A DNA stretch of 61,906 nucleotides, the filler included, from Rhabdomonas costata (Eukaryota), in NCBI GenBank assembly GCA_019059605.1. It is 19 parts of 19 records of this genome, joined end to end, with 100 filler letters (N's around TTAATTAATTAA, not from the genome) between each part and the next. Parts side by side here need not be neighbours in the genome. Positions count along the whole stretch, not along the records: positions 9,791 to 12,955 come from JAHMHO010001246.1; positions 13,056 to 16,219 come from JAHMHO010001247.1; positions 16,320 to 19,482 come from JAHMHO010001248.1; positions 19,583 to 22,744 come from JAHMHO010001249.1; positions 22,845 to 26,008 come from JAHMHO010001250.1; 14 more parts are not named here. One strand, 5' to 3'. Both the position numbers and the translations under genes were made by a program. Of the stretch, positions 10,187 to 22,962 are shown piece by piece. Position 1 is the first letter of the stretch; every line of letters begins with the position of its first letter. The notes below the pieces were generated by a model, which saw only the letters and a list, made by a program, of their open reading frames with translations, ran no database searches and was not told the DNA's origin.

Positions 10187-12955
10187 GTCGATATGGGGTC
10201 CCTGGGGGTGGACCTCAGCGCAGGCACAGCGGTGCCGCTGCTGTCGGTGTGCGACTTAAAAGCCGAGGCGGCGATGCACCGCCGCGCGGTGGTCAGCGAG
10301 GACTTGGAAGGTAACGGTACTTTTGTGTCAGGGTAACATTGCTGGGTGCCTGGAAAGGAGCTTTCTGCTGTTTGAAAGCAGAACGGTTATCATCTCCTCG
10401 TTCCGACCGATTGGATTTGGGACAAAGAGAGCTAAGAGAAGAAGGGCAGAAGGGGACCCAAAAGATGAAAAAATGTCCCTGCCTGGGTACTCCAATAATC
10501 CGGTTGTGAGCCGCAGGGCACCGGTTTGTCACACAACAGGACAGGAATATCCGCCTGCCCTGCGGGTCTCAAGTATACAAGGACACAACGCGTATAGGCC
10601 AAAATACCCCCCCCCGGAAAACACACCCGGCCACCAGCTTCCGAAAACACACGCAACCCATGAAAGGAGACCAAGCGGCCACCAGCGGCTCGGCCATGTG
10701 CTAAACGCAACTCAAAGACCCAAAACGAGGAAGAAGCCTTGCCCCCGGGCATGGCACTCAACTCCCTATGCTCCCTGCTACCGGAGAAAAGGCGCAAGCT
10801 CACACGACGCCCGCGAGGGGTGCCCCGCTCCTTCCTCTGCGCAAAGGCTCCGTGGGGAAGACGCCGGGCCGTCTACGTCGGCAACCGCTGATGCATTGAA
10901 ATTGCCTGCGGTCTCATTTCCCGCACGTTTTTGGCGCCTTACATGTATCGCCATTTATCGTATCCCAAACAGGACGAATTCCTGTTCTAGTGTTTCAAAG
11001 AGTGCACAACGCTTTTGGGTGAATCGGTGGTTTTGGCAATGCGAGATACGTCTTTATCCAGGTCCATGAAAACAACGGAAGAGAGGAGAGAAGAGTTTTT
11101 CCTTTCGTGGTACATTGGTCTCGCAGTGGAAATCACCGCTGGGGCTGGGGTGTGGCTTGCCGGGGTGGTGGTGAACGTCGCGAAGTCCCAGTATGACGGT
11201 GCGGTGCGGCTGTTGGCCTCCAACTTCGGGGAACTCTTGGAGGTGATAGAGAAGTCTCAAGGTGTGTGCTCTGTGTGGAGCGGTGCAGGTCTGTGCGGAC
11301 CTCGTGCGCAAGCTCAACGCTTCTCACAATCCACGTGATTACACCCCTCTGCTGAACGTAGGACGGTGGGTGGTAATAGTGGAATGGACCATGAGATTCA
11401 CGCCTTAAATAAGTAATATGGGGTCAATGGAAACTCATGGCACTGCCCTTGTGGCAAGGAACTCTTTCACGCAAGATTTCCTATTGCTTCTGCAGGGAAG
11501 GCACCTGTGCCCCAGGCGAAGCCATCTTCGGCAGACTCCTGCCCTTCGTCTGCCCCGTCGGGGCTTGCTCTCCCGGTGGGGATTGATCTCTCCGTGGGCT
11601 GTGAGCTGCAGAAGCTGCAGGTGCTGCTTTTCAGCTATGAGGGTGCCCGAGAGATGCCTGGGGAGCCCTCCGACGTCACCGTAGCCTCTGTGCTGCTCTC
11701 CGCCCTGCGGGCAGAGTGCACCGCCAGAGACGCGGGCCAAGGTATTGGGATAGGTAATGGGGGCTGAGCCTGGTTGGCTTCTGGGCACAAGACACGGAGC
11801 ATGTATACTCCCAAAACTTAACGTTCAGGTTGTAAAGGGCGGACGAATCACCTCAAAACAAGGATAAAATAGCACAGCATCAAGAGGTCGACAACCTGTT
11901 CGGGGACAGATGAATCTCTTCTCTTCATTCTTCCGAAGTTTTTGGTGAGCAGTTAGGTGAGTGGTTTGCGGAGGGAGGTTAAGATGTGTGGCAGAGAAAA
12001 CGTCGAACAGGCATGCTGCGCCCATGGCTCAGATCTCTCGGCGAAGGTCCGGCTGGGGCTTCTCTCCGTCGCGGACCGGCGGCCCCGCTCGGCGAGCTCG
12101 CAGATGGAGCTGCTTCGCTTTGACTCCACGGAGTTCTCTGAGTCAGAGTGGCTGGTTAGTGCTGTGTACTGCAGAAAGGATTGAGAGCTTGCTTCACTGG
12201 TCCTTTAAACTTTAAACACTGCTCTGATGCGGTGAAAGTCTTTGCTCCGTTGTGACGTTGTCACAAGCCGATGTCAGCGAAGAACGTGAAATGACTGGGC
12301 GAGTCTTGCTCACTGCGGGTGACAACTTACGTGCCATTACAGGAATGTGAAACCTTGTTGCATCGTTCTTGCGGTTTAGGTTCAGCGCTTTCAATGCTTA
12401 TCATGACCCAGTAAGTTTCCGAATATCCCAGGGCATCCGTGAAACATTTCGTGCAAATCCCAGCGTACCCTACTACTGTGTAATGTCACGTCTTGGTCAG
12501 CAAGTATCCCGTGTTCCGGCTACTGCAACTCTTGAGCTTGCTTTGTTTGCTTCAGCTCCTTGCCCGTCTGAAGGCCTCGCACCTGGAGGCTAACGTCCGT
12601 CTCGGTGACCTCACCGTAACCCTTCTCCCAGACCTCCTTCCCGTTCTGCTGCGGCTCTTCGCCCTTCCTCCGGGAACCCTTTTGCCCCAGCCCTATTCCA
12701 CAAATGGCGCTCCCGACACCCACGGTGCCGCCCCCTCTGAAGCACAACTCGCCCCTCCCGAGCTCCTCCAAGGTGACCTTATGGTGGACGGGGAGATCTT
12801 TACCTTGGACCGGGACCTTGAGCTCGGGCCAGGGCGGCGGCTGTTGATCTGCCGCGGAGCCCGTGGGGCCAGTGCTGGGGGAGCGGCAATGATCTCCGGG
12901 GGAATGGGACTTCCCGGGTCTCGCTTGGTGTCGCGACGGGGTCCTCCCAACCACC
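10187..12955 (+). CDS. VPS13-like bridge lipid-transfer protein, internal exons (10187-10310, 11127-11261, 11496-11741, 12033-12154, 12556-contig end)
   Basis: Four phase-consistent GT-AG introns. Beta-groove-like repeats with SQYDGAVRLLASNFGE, LSVADRR, LTVTLLPDLLPVLLRLF and LDRDLELGPGRRLLI motifs resemble VPS13. Confidence 0.65.
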
Positions 12956-15269
12956 NNNNNNNNNNNNNNNNNNNNNNNNNNNNNNNNNNNNNNNNNNNNT
13001 TAATTAATTAANNNNNNNNNNNNNNNNNNNNNNNNNNNNNNNNNNNNNNNNNNNNGGGTGGGGGCAAGAAGACGGTTACGAGCCCGTACAGGTCTGGGCG
13101 CTGGGGATCACCTCTAACGGGACAGAGTAGCCACTGCAAGGAAAAGGCCCCTGGTACAGATCAGCCTTCGAGAGGTGATCGGGCGAGGGGCGCGCGGGTG
13201 GCAAAGCCATTGCCACATAACTTGCAGTAAGGAACGGTTCAGCTGCAGAAAAATGAATCTATGTATGCACGTGCGTGGTGAGGACGAGGTGCGGTGATGA
13301 AGGTCGACGTGGGTAGTGATGAGGCACGCAAAAGTGGAGGCCAAGGCACTCCAAAGGAAGACCGACAGACCAACGACCGAAAAAAAGAATCCGCAGGAGG
13401 GAGCTCGGAAGAAGGGATGGTGGTTTCGGAACTCCCTTTGGGCACGCGGACACACTGAAAGGGACGTTGCTCACGGGGGTATGGTAAGTGAGCAGCTTTA
13501 TCTACAGACCCTGACTAGGTTAGTCAGGCATGAGACCTGGCTCTTGGCTACACAGAAACAAGAAAAGGGAAAAAGGACGAGCTGGGGACACACGCAGGGG
13601 GATGGATGGCAGCCATCTCGCGGCGCAAGAAATGTGAAGACACCGAGACACGCGGGGTGGAGGGCAGGCACTGATCGCTGAGGGGGTTGCAAAAGTGCAG
13701 CGTTTAAACAACCACAAAAAGGGGAATGCAATGCAATGACCACTACCGAAAGGAGGAGCCGAGCAACACGCCTCCGCCCTCTCAAAAAACGGGGTGAGGA
13801 CCTGAGTCCAGGAAAGAAAAGAGGGTCTGTAAAAAACACAGTGGAGGGACTGAGGTAAGGGCGAAAACTGAAGGGGCACCCTACCAAAAGAAAAGCGCTT
13901 TCACAGGATATGCTAGAACACAGATCCATAAAATGAATTTAGCTGAGCTGGGGGGGAACGCAAGGCTCAGCTCGGGAGCGGAGCTTTTTCGCGGCAGGAA
14001 CCTTCCACTTGGCTCCGCAGCACATGCACGCGTAGTTCAAGAACCCCTGCGGTAGAGTAACATCCACATCTCGGAGTGGCGAAAATACGATTTGGATGTC
14101 TCTTTGACAAAATCGACTGCTATTTTTAAAATATCGGGAAAATAAAAAGCAAAAACTCCATTTTCTTCATCGGTTTCTTCAACGAAGAATAGAAAAAACC
14201 TGTATTGAGTGGAGGAACAGAGGGGTAAGGCACAAGATTCCAAGGTTCCAGGACCAAAACTCCACGGGAACGTCGCCCTAAACCTATGGTAACGTGCGCA
14301 AGAGGTGTGTCTCTGGTCCTTAAGTACTAGAGGGCAAAGTCGTCAAAAGACGAGAACATGCCTATTTTCCGATGCAGTCGCATGGGAGCAAACCAAGTTC
14401 CATGAAAAAACGTGACCGAAGCTATTTAAGAACACATAACTGAGTGCAATCATTTTTTCAATCCCACTCGTTCCGTTTCCCCCTGGGCGAGTGGGGTCGC
14501 CACAGGCTCTGTTCTTTCCTACACTCTCCACCATTTTCACTCCCTTTGATCTCCGGTGCCTATGAGTGAAGTTGTTGCTCAACGGACAAGTCTTCCCACA
14601 GGGTTTGTGGGCTACTTTGCGGGCCTACTTCCTCCGCAGTGTCTGGCCAGTGTATCTGGGCAAGCGCTACTCATCCGCGGTGCTTCTCTCCTTGTTGATC
14701 TCCTCTGCGGGCCTGCGAGTCTTGCCCCCTGGGCAGTCTCTGGGGGAAGGCGACCTCACGGAATCGCTGCTTCTGCGCAAACCAGGAATGGCCCGCAACG
14801 CATGGAACTGTCAGGCTCCCCGATCCCCTGCCAAATGAGCTCAGCCTCATTGGTCCACCGCTGATCGACTCTGGTCCACCGCTTCCTATTCTCCACTCGC
14901 CACCCCGAAGTATAAAACGGCCACAGCGAGTGCAGTCAAGAATGTCTCCTGCCCTCAAGCGTCCTCTTCTTCTTCCTCTTCCCCATTTGCCGTTTTGGGG
15001 CTCCCCTCCGTTGGATCTTCTTCCTCCAACACCCAGAAACGCCCCGCGTGACCCGGCGGTCGCGGTTCACTGTGAAGTGTATTGCCCCTTTGCTTCATGT
15101 TGCTACACCGGAAGCTGCACTCCTTGGCCCGCCTGGTTGCAAATGGCTGCGGAGGGCAAGATCCACGCCTCAAAAAACAAGACACCTTCCTTCCGTAGCG
15201 TCTTCTTATTTGTCCAAGCCCAAAGGAGGAGTGCGCCCCCATTGCAGTCGGGGAGGTTCTCCGTCGGCT

Positions 15270-15500
15270 CGTCAGCAAAATGCTGTATGCTTTCTAAGGC
15301 GATGGAGTTGTAGGCCCCCCTACAAATGGCTGTTGGGGTACCTCAGGGCCCTGTATGAGACCAGAAGTTGACCCCGGAGGAGGGGATTTAACAAGCTGAC
15401 CCCTTGGGACCCCTCTTGTTTGCCCTTGCCAGTTGTGTGTGAGCGCTTAGCGGCAGTCCCGGGTGTCCATTGGTCGGTCTGAAGAGGTTTCAAGACGATG
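15270..15500 (+). mobile_element. Decayed non-LTR retrotransposon RT fragment (CRE-like)
   Basis: RGI*QADPLGPLLFALA at about 15380-15430 corresponds to the GxxQGDPLGPLLF RT motif and is preceded by LLGYLRALY. In-frame stops are present and there is no intact YxDD. Confidence 0.6.
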
Positions 15501-16716
15501 GCCTGCTCGCGGGCACCGCAACTGTACTTCGGGGTCGCCAGGGACATCCTTCAAGATGGCTTCGTGAGACATCCAGTAAATACAGAATGAGATAGAGGCC
15601 CAGTGACCCCGCGTGTATTGCAGAGTCAGCCTCCGAAATGTTTGCTGCACTCCCCCTCCCTTACACACTGGGTCACTCTTTGCGGCCTCAGCCACTCTTT
15701 GCCATCCACGAGTGTGCTTCCTCGCAGTTCTCTGTGGTTCCGCTCGTTCAGGTCCCAAAGAAGTTCCTAGTATCTGGCAGTTGCGGAGACGAGATAACCC
15801 AAACACAGTGAGACAAACTTAGAAACTGAACTCCACACACATTATCTCTCTTCCACATTTCCACATGTACGGTGTTCATATATAAGTGAAGAAATGGGGT
15901 GCACCCGTTTAGACCGCAGAATCCTCCAGGACGGGGAGTGCGAGCACGGGCCCCGGAGGATGGGCTCGCCCCGAGGAGAGCCTTGATGCCCACGGGAGTC
16001 AGACGGGACCCCGGGACAGGGTGGTTCACTCCAGGAACTGCCCGTTCCAATGGTAGAAAAGGGGTAGCTTCTTCCGGGCACCCCTGGCTGACCACCCGGC
16101 AGGTACCGAAAGTGGCCTCCTGCATATGGGGTGGCGGTGTACGCCAGCCCGGGCTGTGAGCGGAGGTGCATGGCACGCCTCAGGTCAGAGGCCCGGGCTG
16201 GCGTACACCGCCACCCCAANNNNNNNNNNNNNNNNNNNNNNNNNNNNNNNNNNNNNNNNNNNNTTAATTAATTAANNNNNNNNNNNNNNNNNNNNNNNNN
16301 NNNNNNNNNNNNNNNNNNNCACCACCACGGGAAGTGAGGCCTCCCCCAACCCTGATACCCCGGCCGCAAGCAAGCCCGAGCCCTTCCCAAAGGCAGTGCG
16401 GGAGGCCAACGTGGTGGACTTCACGGAGTGACTGCGGGGGTTCTACTCCCCCAACCCAGGCCTCTACATTTACACGGCCCCAACCCCAGATTATAAATAG
16501 CAAAAAAAAATAGCAATCGTGAGCCAAGCCGTGAGCCTACAAGCGCCAACACGCCCCACCCAAAGTTCGAGTCGCTGCAGGACATAAACGCTCCGAATCA
16601 CATGGCATTGGTTCTAGAATCGGACTGAAATTGAACAGCACACATACACACGCGTAAACACACACACACACACACGGAAAGCAAAACGTGCTATCCCTCA
16701 CCTGAGGATGCCGATG

Positions 16717-16776
16717 CCTTGCGAGCGTCCTCTGTCGCCTTGCGAGTGTCCTCTGTCACCTTGCGAACGTCCTCCG
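16717..16776. repeat. 21-bp minisatellite, about 3 copies
   Basis: CCTTGCGAGCGTCCTCTGTCG and two variants. On the minus strand it reads EDVRKVT-EDTRKAT-EDARKAS. Confidence 0.85.
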
Positions 16777-17492
16777 AGGAAGCACGGAAAGGCTCTGGGC
16801 GCCGTGCTTGGCCAGCGGTGGCTTCCCCTGAGACACACCACAAATATGGATAGGAAACGCACGCCCAGCTTGTTAACTTGCTCACTTTTCTCCAAGCCAG
16901 AAGTGCAAGCAAATGCTCAGCTCGCGGGAAAGAAGCAGCCCTAACAGCTTCGACCAACGAAGGGAAAAACCATCTTCGACGATACGCGTACGTGAAACTG
17001 AAAGGGCCACATTAGTTGTCACGAAGCAAGAAACCTAAAAAAAACTGTCGTGGAAGCCCAGAGGGGCGTGATCTCAGCCGAATCAGTCACAGCCGACACG
17101 TTAAAAATGCGATGGTACAAATCGTTCACCCTATCCTTCGAGTTTTCAATCATCAAGGCATATCAACCAATATTCAGCCGTCTCCAAAGAAGAGAAGAGG
17201 GTTTCGATCTTTGCCGATCGCAGCCCAGCTCTCAAAGCATACCATGAGGCGAATCTGCCAACCTAAGCTGGCACCTTCCATCGGCAAAACAGGCCCTAAA
17301 CCGAAATATGGAAGAGATGGGGGCGGGGCCAACCTGCCCCACGCTCTTGTTGCGAGGCCGCCCGCCGCTGCTGCTGTCGCGCAGGCCACGTCTCATTGAA
17401 CATGTTCTTCCTATGAGTGTGAGCACACAGTGTGAGCACACTACTAGATGAGGACCGAAACAGAAGGAGATACGCTCTAGTTCAGTGCTCAC

Positions 17493-19049
17493 TCCCAGCC
17501 CCATGATGTGCAGGGACAACCTGGAATCACCGGTTGCTGATGACCAAATCCACAAAAAAAAATATACCGAGACGAGGAAAGATTGCCAAGGTTTCTGAAG
17601 CACCTTTCTCGGAATGTACGGCAAAACTGCCCTGCAGTTCCGAGAACCATTCTCAGAAAAGCAGGAAAATGCATCTCCGAAAAAACAGTATCTTCTCTAG
17701 CGAAAGACACCTGATACCCCTAGATCCCGACAAAATGGACACTCACCCTGTCACAGGGAAACAAAGACGAGTAAAAAGCCAAATGCCCCCGCCCTTTTCC
17801 CCCGACGAAGGTTTGGCACAGAGAAAAAGTATACCCCTGCTCAAAATTGTGTTTAAAACGTGGTCCCAAAATGCAAATCAATCGCAGACAACTTAGCAGG
17901 CACTGGCATACTACGCAAAACAGTGGTTAAACGCCGAAACTGTGCAGACACACAAACGCAGGCAGAGGTGGAGGGCGTACCAGTACTCCGTTTCCTTCGC
18001 CATGCGCTTAGGATCGATTCCCCCCGCAGGACGAACTGAAAGCCACGAAAAAACTAGAGAGAACATCGACGCTCAGACAAGGGCGCGCAGGAGGGGAGAG
18101 GGCTCTGTGGAAATACCATGGTTCAACGGGAGAGATGCTTTGCTAATCAACCCTTGGAAAGTAAAATCGCCTCAGAACAAAAGAAAGCGCGAACAGACGT
18201 GATACCCAACGTTCCTTGAAAACCGAAGGGGGACAACAGAAACACCTCAAGAAACGAAAGTTTGGAGGTGTTTGGAAAACACCGCAGCTCCCCAGCAATG
18301 GTTGAGCAGATGAAGCCCACCTCTTTCCAACTCACCGGAATTGGAAAAACCATCACCTGGGTAGGGGACTCCTCTGCTGCTTCGAGACGCTGCGCGACTG
18401 CGGTTTTGAAGCTCCAGAGCAGAGTCGTAATCCCGGCGGGTCACGGGGTCGATAAGCACGTTGTAGGCGTGCACCAGAACTTGGAACTTCTCCGTGGCCT
18501 GCGCCGGGAAGCGTTCACCAATGCACGGCATGGGGATGGACCATCGAGTCAAAGAGGAGTGCAGATGCTTTGTCAACGCCGAAATTTAGTAACTCTACCA
18601 AAGTTGCGATTGCAATGCTCCGGATAAAAACACCAGCGTTTTGGTGGTGGTCAGGAGGAGTGGCGGTAGCACCCACGATTACTTTGGTGAATTTGGAGAT
18701 TATACAGATGAAAATCCACTGGTAGCATATGGCCCCAACCGCCCGCACCCTCCCAACTACAAGTGAGCACCTCAGCGCTGGGGTTGAGGTCGGGGTGGTA
18801 GCTCAACGCTAGCTGACGGAAGGCGCTCTTGATCTGCTCCACGTCGGCATCCGGGGACACCTGCAGCAGCTCGTAGTGCGTCGGGGTGCCGCCCGCAGAG
18901 GAAATGGGTGGTGTGGTGGCACGACCCCGGCGCCGCAAAATTGGGCCCCGAAGCCCGAGCCGGGCCGATGCCCGGCAAACAGGCAGCGCGGCGCCATAGC
19001 CGCCAGGGCAAGAGGCCAGGTGCAGGGCATGAGCAGCCAATTGGAGCAT
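17493..19049 (-). CDS. DnaJ (J-domain) protein with N-terminal targeting-like extension; exons 19049-18771, 18498-18357, 18035-17981, probably 17631-17493
   Basis: THYELLQVSPDADVEQIKSAFRQLALSYHPDLNPSAE|ATEKFQVLVHAYNVLIDPVTRRDYD is a complete J-domain with HPD. The leader is Arg/Ala-rich with no acidic residues. The 3' exons are less certain. Confidence 0.9.
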
Positions 19050-19623
19050 CCACAGAACACGTAAATGAGAACGAGAGAGAATGAGAAAGCTGACACGCAC
19101 AAGCAACTTGTGCGGCTGAGAAGGGACACGACAGGGGTTAGGGCAGTGGTGAGCAGAAGAACTCATAAGAGATCCCAAGCATCATTCAGCCAACAAGGGT
19201 TTTTGACGAAAACGAGACGGGCGGGGACCATGCCACCGCGAAAACTAAGATGCACCAATCGGTCATCCAATTCCATGATCTGAAATTGCACATCCCAGTC
19301 CAGTCGGCGACTCGTTGTTTCTGAAAATATCTAATGAAAGGAAGTCCAGAGCATTGTCCATTCAAAGCGATGAGCGAGCCATCCCTCTGCCGTCAGTAAT
19401 GCCATTATATGAAGCGAGTAGGCCAAAAATCAGCACCAATCTCCAGCAGTGAGTTCTCGCAGCACAATAGTCCCAAAAAACCNNNNNNNNNNNNNNNNNN
19501 NNNNNNNNNNNNNNNNNNNNNNNNNNTTAATTAATTAANNNNNNNNNNNNNNNNNNNNNNNNNNNNNNNNNNNNNNNNNNNNGCGTTAATTATTACCTAA
19601 GTTTGCCTAAGTTTGAGCAGTTG

Positions 19624-19738
19624 ATGGTTGTTTTGGGTCAAATTTCACGTTTTCGGGGGCCTTCTGGGAATTTCACAAGCGAGGGAGGGTCATGGTGCAG
19701 AAAGGAATTCAGGGGAGGACTGTGCCTTAGGATCAAAA
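19624..19738 (+). repeat. Dispersed intronic repeat, copy B
   Basis: Homologous to 4633-4754 on a different contig. Confidence 0.8.
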
Positions 19739-19839
19739 TAAGTCAGCAGCGCAGGAAAGTTTCAGAATTTTTTTAGCCAAGGAGAGGATCCTCTTTAAAT
19801 TGAGTTATGCCACACACAATCAAAGGTCAAATAGCATAC

Positions 19840-22363
19840 GATCTTTCCAATGAAGTGCTCCCGGACGTCCCTCCAAGTGTTCGAGCTGACCAGAATCTCC
19901 GTGCCCAAGAAGGCGTTCAGCTTGCACAGCGCACTCCCAAATACCATCACTGGGCCGATCACGCTGAAGCTCAGGTGGGCCTTGCTGCCGGTGTTTCCGA
20001 CCAGTGCCGTGCCCGTAGCCACGCTGATCTTCACATTTATCCTACCGAACTCGCTGTGTTTGGCAATGGTGTCGCGGAGCTGCACCGCCGCCCTGCAGGC
20101 CTAGGAGCAAGTTGGTGCAAGAGCTGCTGTGGGACACAGCATTGGTCACCCACGCCTTTTTTTCAACACAACGGCGATATTAATGAATTCCCGGAAGGAG
20201 GCGATGAGCTAGTGAAGCACCGCGGTTCTGTTGAGCAAAATGGAGATTTCACTACATGGCAAAAGCCAACTGGCAATTTCAAAGAAAGAGAGGTTGGCGT
20301 CCCTCGTCACCACGAACATGGAGAACGCGGAGCGGGGAAAAATTAAGAACAATGGAATCTGAAGTGGCGCGCCTGCAGAGCATGGGCCCCCACGGGCGTG
20401 GCCGCGTTCCAGGTCAGGCTCAGACGGTCCCCCACCAGCCGGTGCACGTTCCCCTTGGTGGCTTTGGCGACCTCCTCCACGATGCTGACGTAGCTGCTGT
20501 GCAGGGACAGCAGCTCCTCCACGGGCAGCCTTTGGCTCAGAGCGTGGAACCCGCTGACGTCGGAAAACATCACCGAAATGGCTTTCCTGAGAATGCAGCA
20601 GCGGCAGATACATTGCCACCGACTCGAAACTCACCGCCGCTCGGTAGTTAAGCTCCGCTGACGGCTTCGAGGATACTTGAGCGTTGCGTTCGGCAATCCA
20701 TTATTTCCGCTGATTTCTTTTGGGTTTTTTTTACAACTGATAATCTGCAATTGAAGAACTAGCAACATGTGTGCTCTCTTTTTCTGAGCGTGCTAGGACC
20801 TTGTGCAAGAGGAGGTAAAAGGTTCGGAAGGAAGGTGGAGGTTGCGGCTCACGCGTGGACCCAGGAGCAAAAAACGACTGCCAAGATCAGTGCTGTTTAA
20901 GACGCCTTTAGACTGCCTCAATGACACGAAGGAAATAAAGCCCGATTTCAGTGACGTCAAATGGACGAATTCACGGACCCGCCTCCAGATCTTCTTGCGC
21001 ACCTCTTCAGCCACTTGCTCAGTAAGTTGCGAGTGGCCCCAACGGCCTTGATCGACACCGCCGAGGCCATGCCCCGGCTCGAAGTGTTCTGCGAGGGGTC
21101 GTCGCTGAGCTTCCTGGAGGCACCATCCTTGCTGCAGCTCCCCTCCTCATCCGAGGAGGCCGCCCGGTCCCCGGAGTGCGTGGAGTACCGCTTGGAGGGG
21201 GGCAAGGGACCCATCGAGGAGGTCGTTTCATTGCGGAGCGGATGAACCACAGCGGCGACAGGCAACTCTTCCGAAGACTCCAGCTGATTACCACACAGAG
21301 TAAAAAAAAACGACAAAGAAATTTTTCGTGGCACAAAAAAGACAGCCGCAAAGGAGAAGGCATATGTTGGGTACGTGCCCAATGGCACACATCAAGAAAA
21401 ACTGACGGGAGACCACAGCACCAGGGGTTCTGACCCCAACTGGATGAAACAATTCCAAAACCTATCGAAGAAATCAGGGGAAACTGCACCAATGGAGTTG
21501 ATAGATCAGACTAGGAAAAGGAATCTCCTCAAAACTAAAACGACCTCACCGAGGCAAAGGAAACCCGTTTCATGTGCTGACACCAAAACCTTCCACTTGA
21601 CAAACCGCAGATGGAAAAGGAAAGTGTGGTGACGCCGTTGCTTTCGGAAGCACGCAGCAAAAAAAAAAATCGAGAACTGCAGCCCGCAGAGACAGAAAGA
21701 CCCGACATTCGCGGGCGTTGCACCAGGATTAGTACCTTGACAGAGTTCCTCTGCTGACGGAGGCAGCGCGGCACTTTGAGCGCAAGCGACTTCTTGCGGA
21801 CTTCTCCGGATGCCTCACTCTTAGGGTCGACCCCGCCGTTCCGGGACTGCTCCGAGCTGGGCAACCCACCCCACACGATCTGCAACTCATAGCGAAAATC
21901 ACACCGACTGAGTTACACCTAATTCTTTTTCTTAATAATGAAGACAAGGATTTGAAAGGCGCTGACGCCACACTGGCACCTCCGTGCCACCCATGCTTAC
22001 TACCATCTTGAGTTCATTGACTGAGAGACGTGGGAAGGTGAAGCCACGCAACTCAACGAAGGAGAGATTCAAACAGAAAAGTGCTCCCATCACGATGAAT
22101 AGGGAATAAATAAGAACAATGCGCTTTCTCCTTTTGGGGACACAAAAAAGCATAGTCCCAATCACTCAGCAATCAATCCAAAATGGCAAGCGGGAGGGAA
22201 GAAATTACGTCATCGAAGGCACAACGGGGACGAAGGAGGGCAGAAGGGTTTGCAGGGTCTCCTGGGCGTCCTCATTCTCGCTCCCGCCACGCTCGCCCCG
22301 GGCCAACACAAGCAAGGACTCTGGGATGTACGGCAGGTAAACCCTCACGTTGTCCACGATCTC
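19840..22363 (-). CDS. Class III nucleotidyl cyclase-like protein with degenerate active site; exons 22363-22209, 22130-22001, 21879-21736, 21283-21003, 20586-20373, 20100-19840
   Basis: ISVMFSDVSGFHALS...VHRLVGDRL...HALQ|ACRAA...VATGTALVGNTGS...FSVIG is a cyclase fold. An upstream VYLPYIPESLL helix and a hydrophobic segment are present. All five introns are phase-consistent and one is GC-AG. Confidence 0.9.
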
Positions 22364-22962
22364 CTGGAAAAAAACGCAGTCAGGTGTGAGCAGGTGTGAG
22401 CGCAGGTGTGAGCAGAAACGCCTGTTAGTAGGCTGTCAATGGCTTTGAAGGAGTAATTAGAGGCAACGAAGGTGGCAGAGAAGTGAATCTAAAACCGAAA
22501 CCAGGAAGCCGCATAAACACAGGCGACAACTCCAAACCAACTGAACTGCGCGATACTCGCAACGGTAAAAAACAACCCTACCTCACAACAACCCCACAAC
22601 CACGCACTAAACGAACGATTCGATAATTTCGTATCACCAAATCGCTTCACTGAGCTGAATTAGAACGTCAAAAATGATAGCTTAGCGCAAACACAGACAC
22701 ACACAAACACATGTCGTTGATTTGCAGTCCGACGACAACCACCCNNNNNNNNNNNNNNNNNNNNNNNNNNNNNNNNNNNNNNNNNNNNTTAATTAATTAA
22801 NNNNNNNNNNNNNNNNNNNNNNNNNNNNNNNNNNNNNNNNNNNNGTTGGGGTGTAAGTATAGGGAAGGGTTATTTCGTGAAAAAAAAAAGGGAGGTGAAG
22901 TTGAAATGGTCCATAAATTGAAATGCACCCTCGATGTGTGTGTGTGCAGATCCTCCCGCGAC

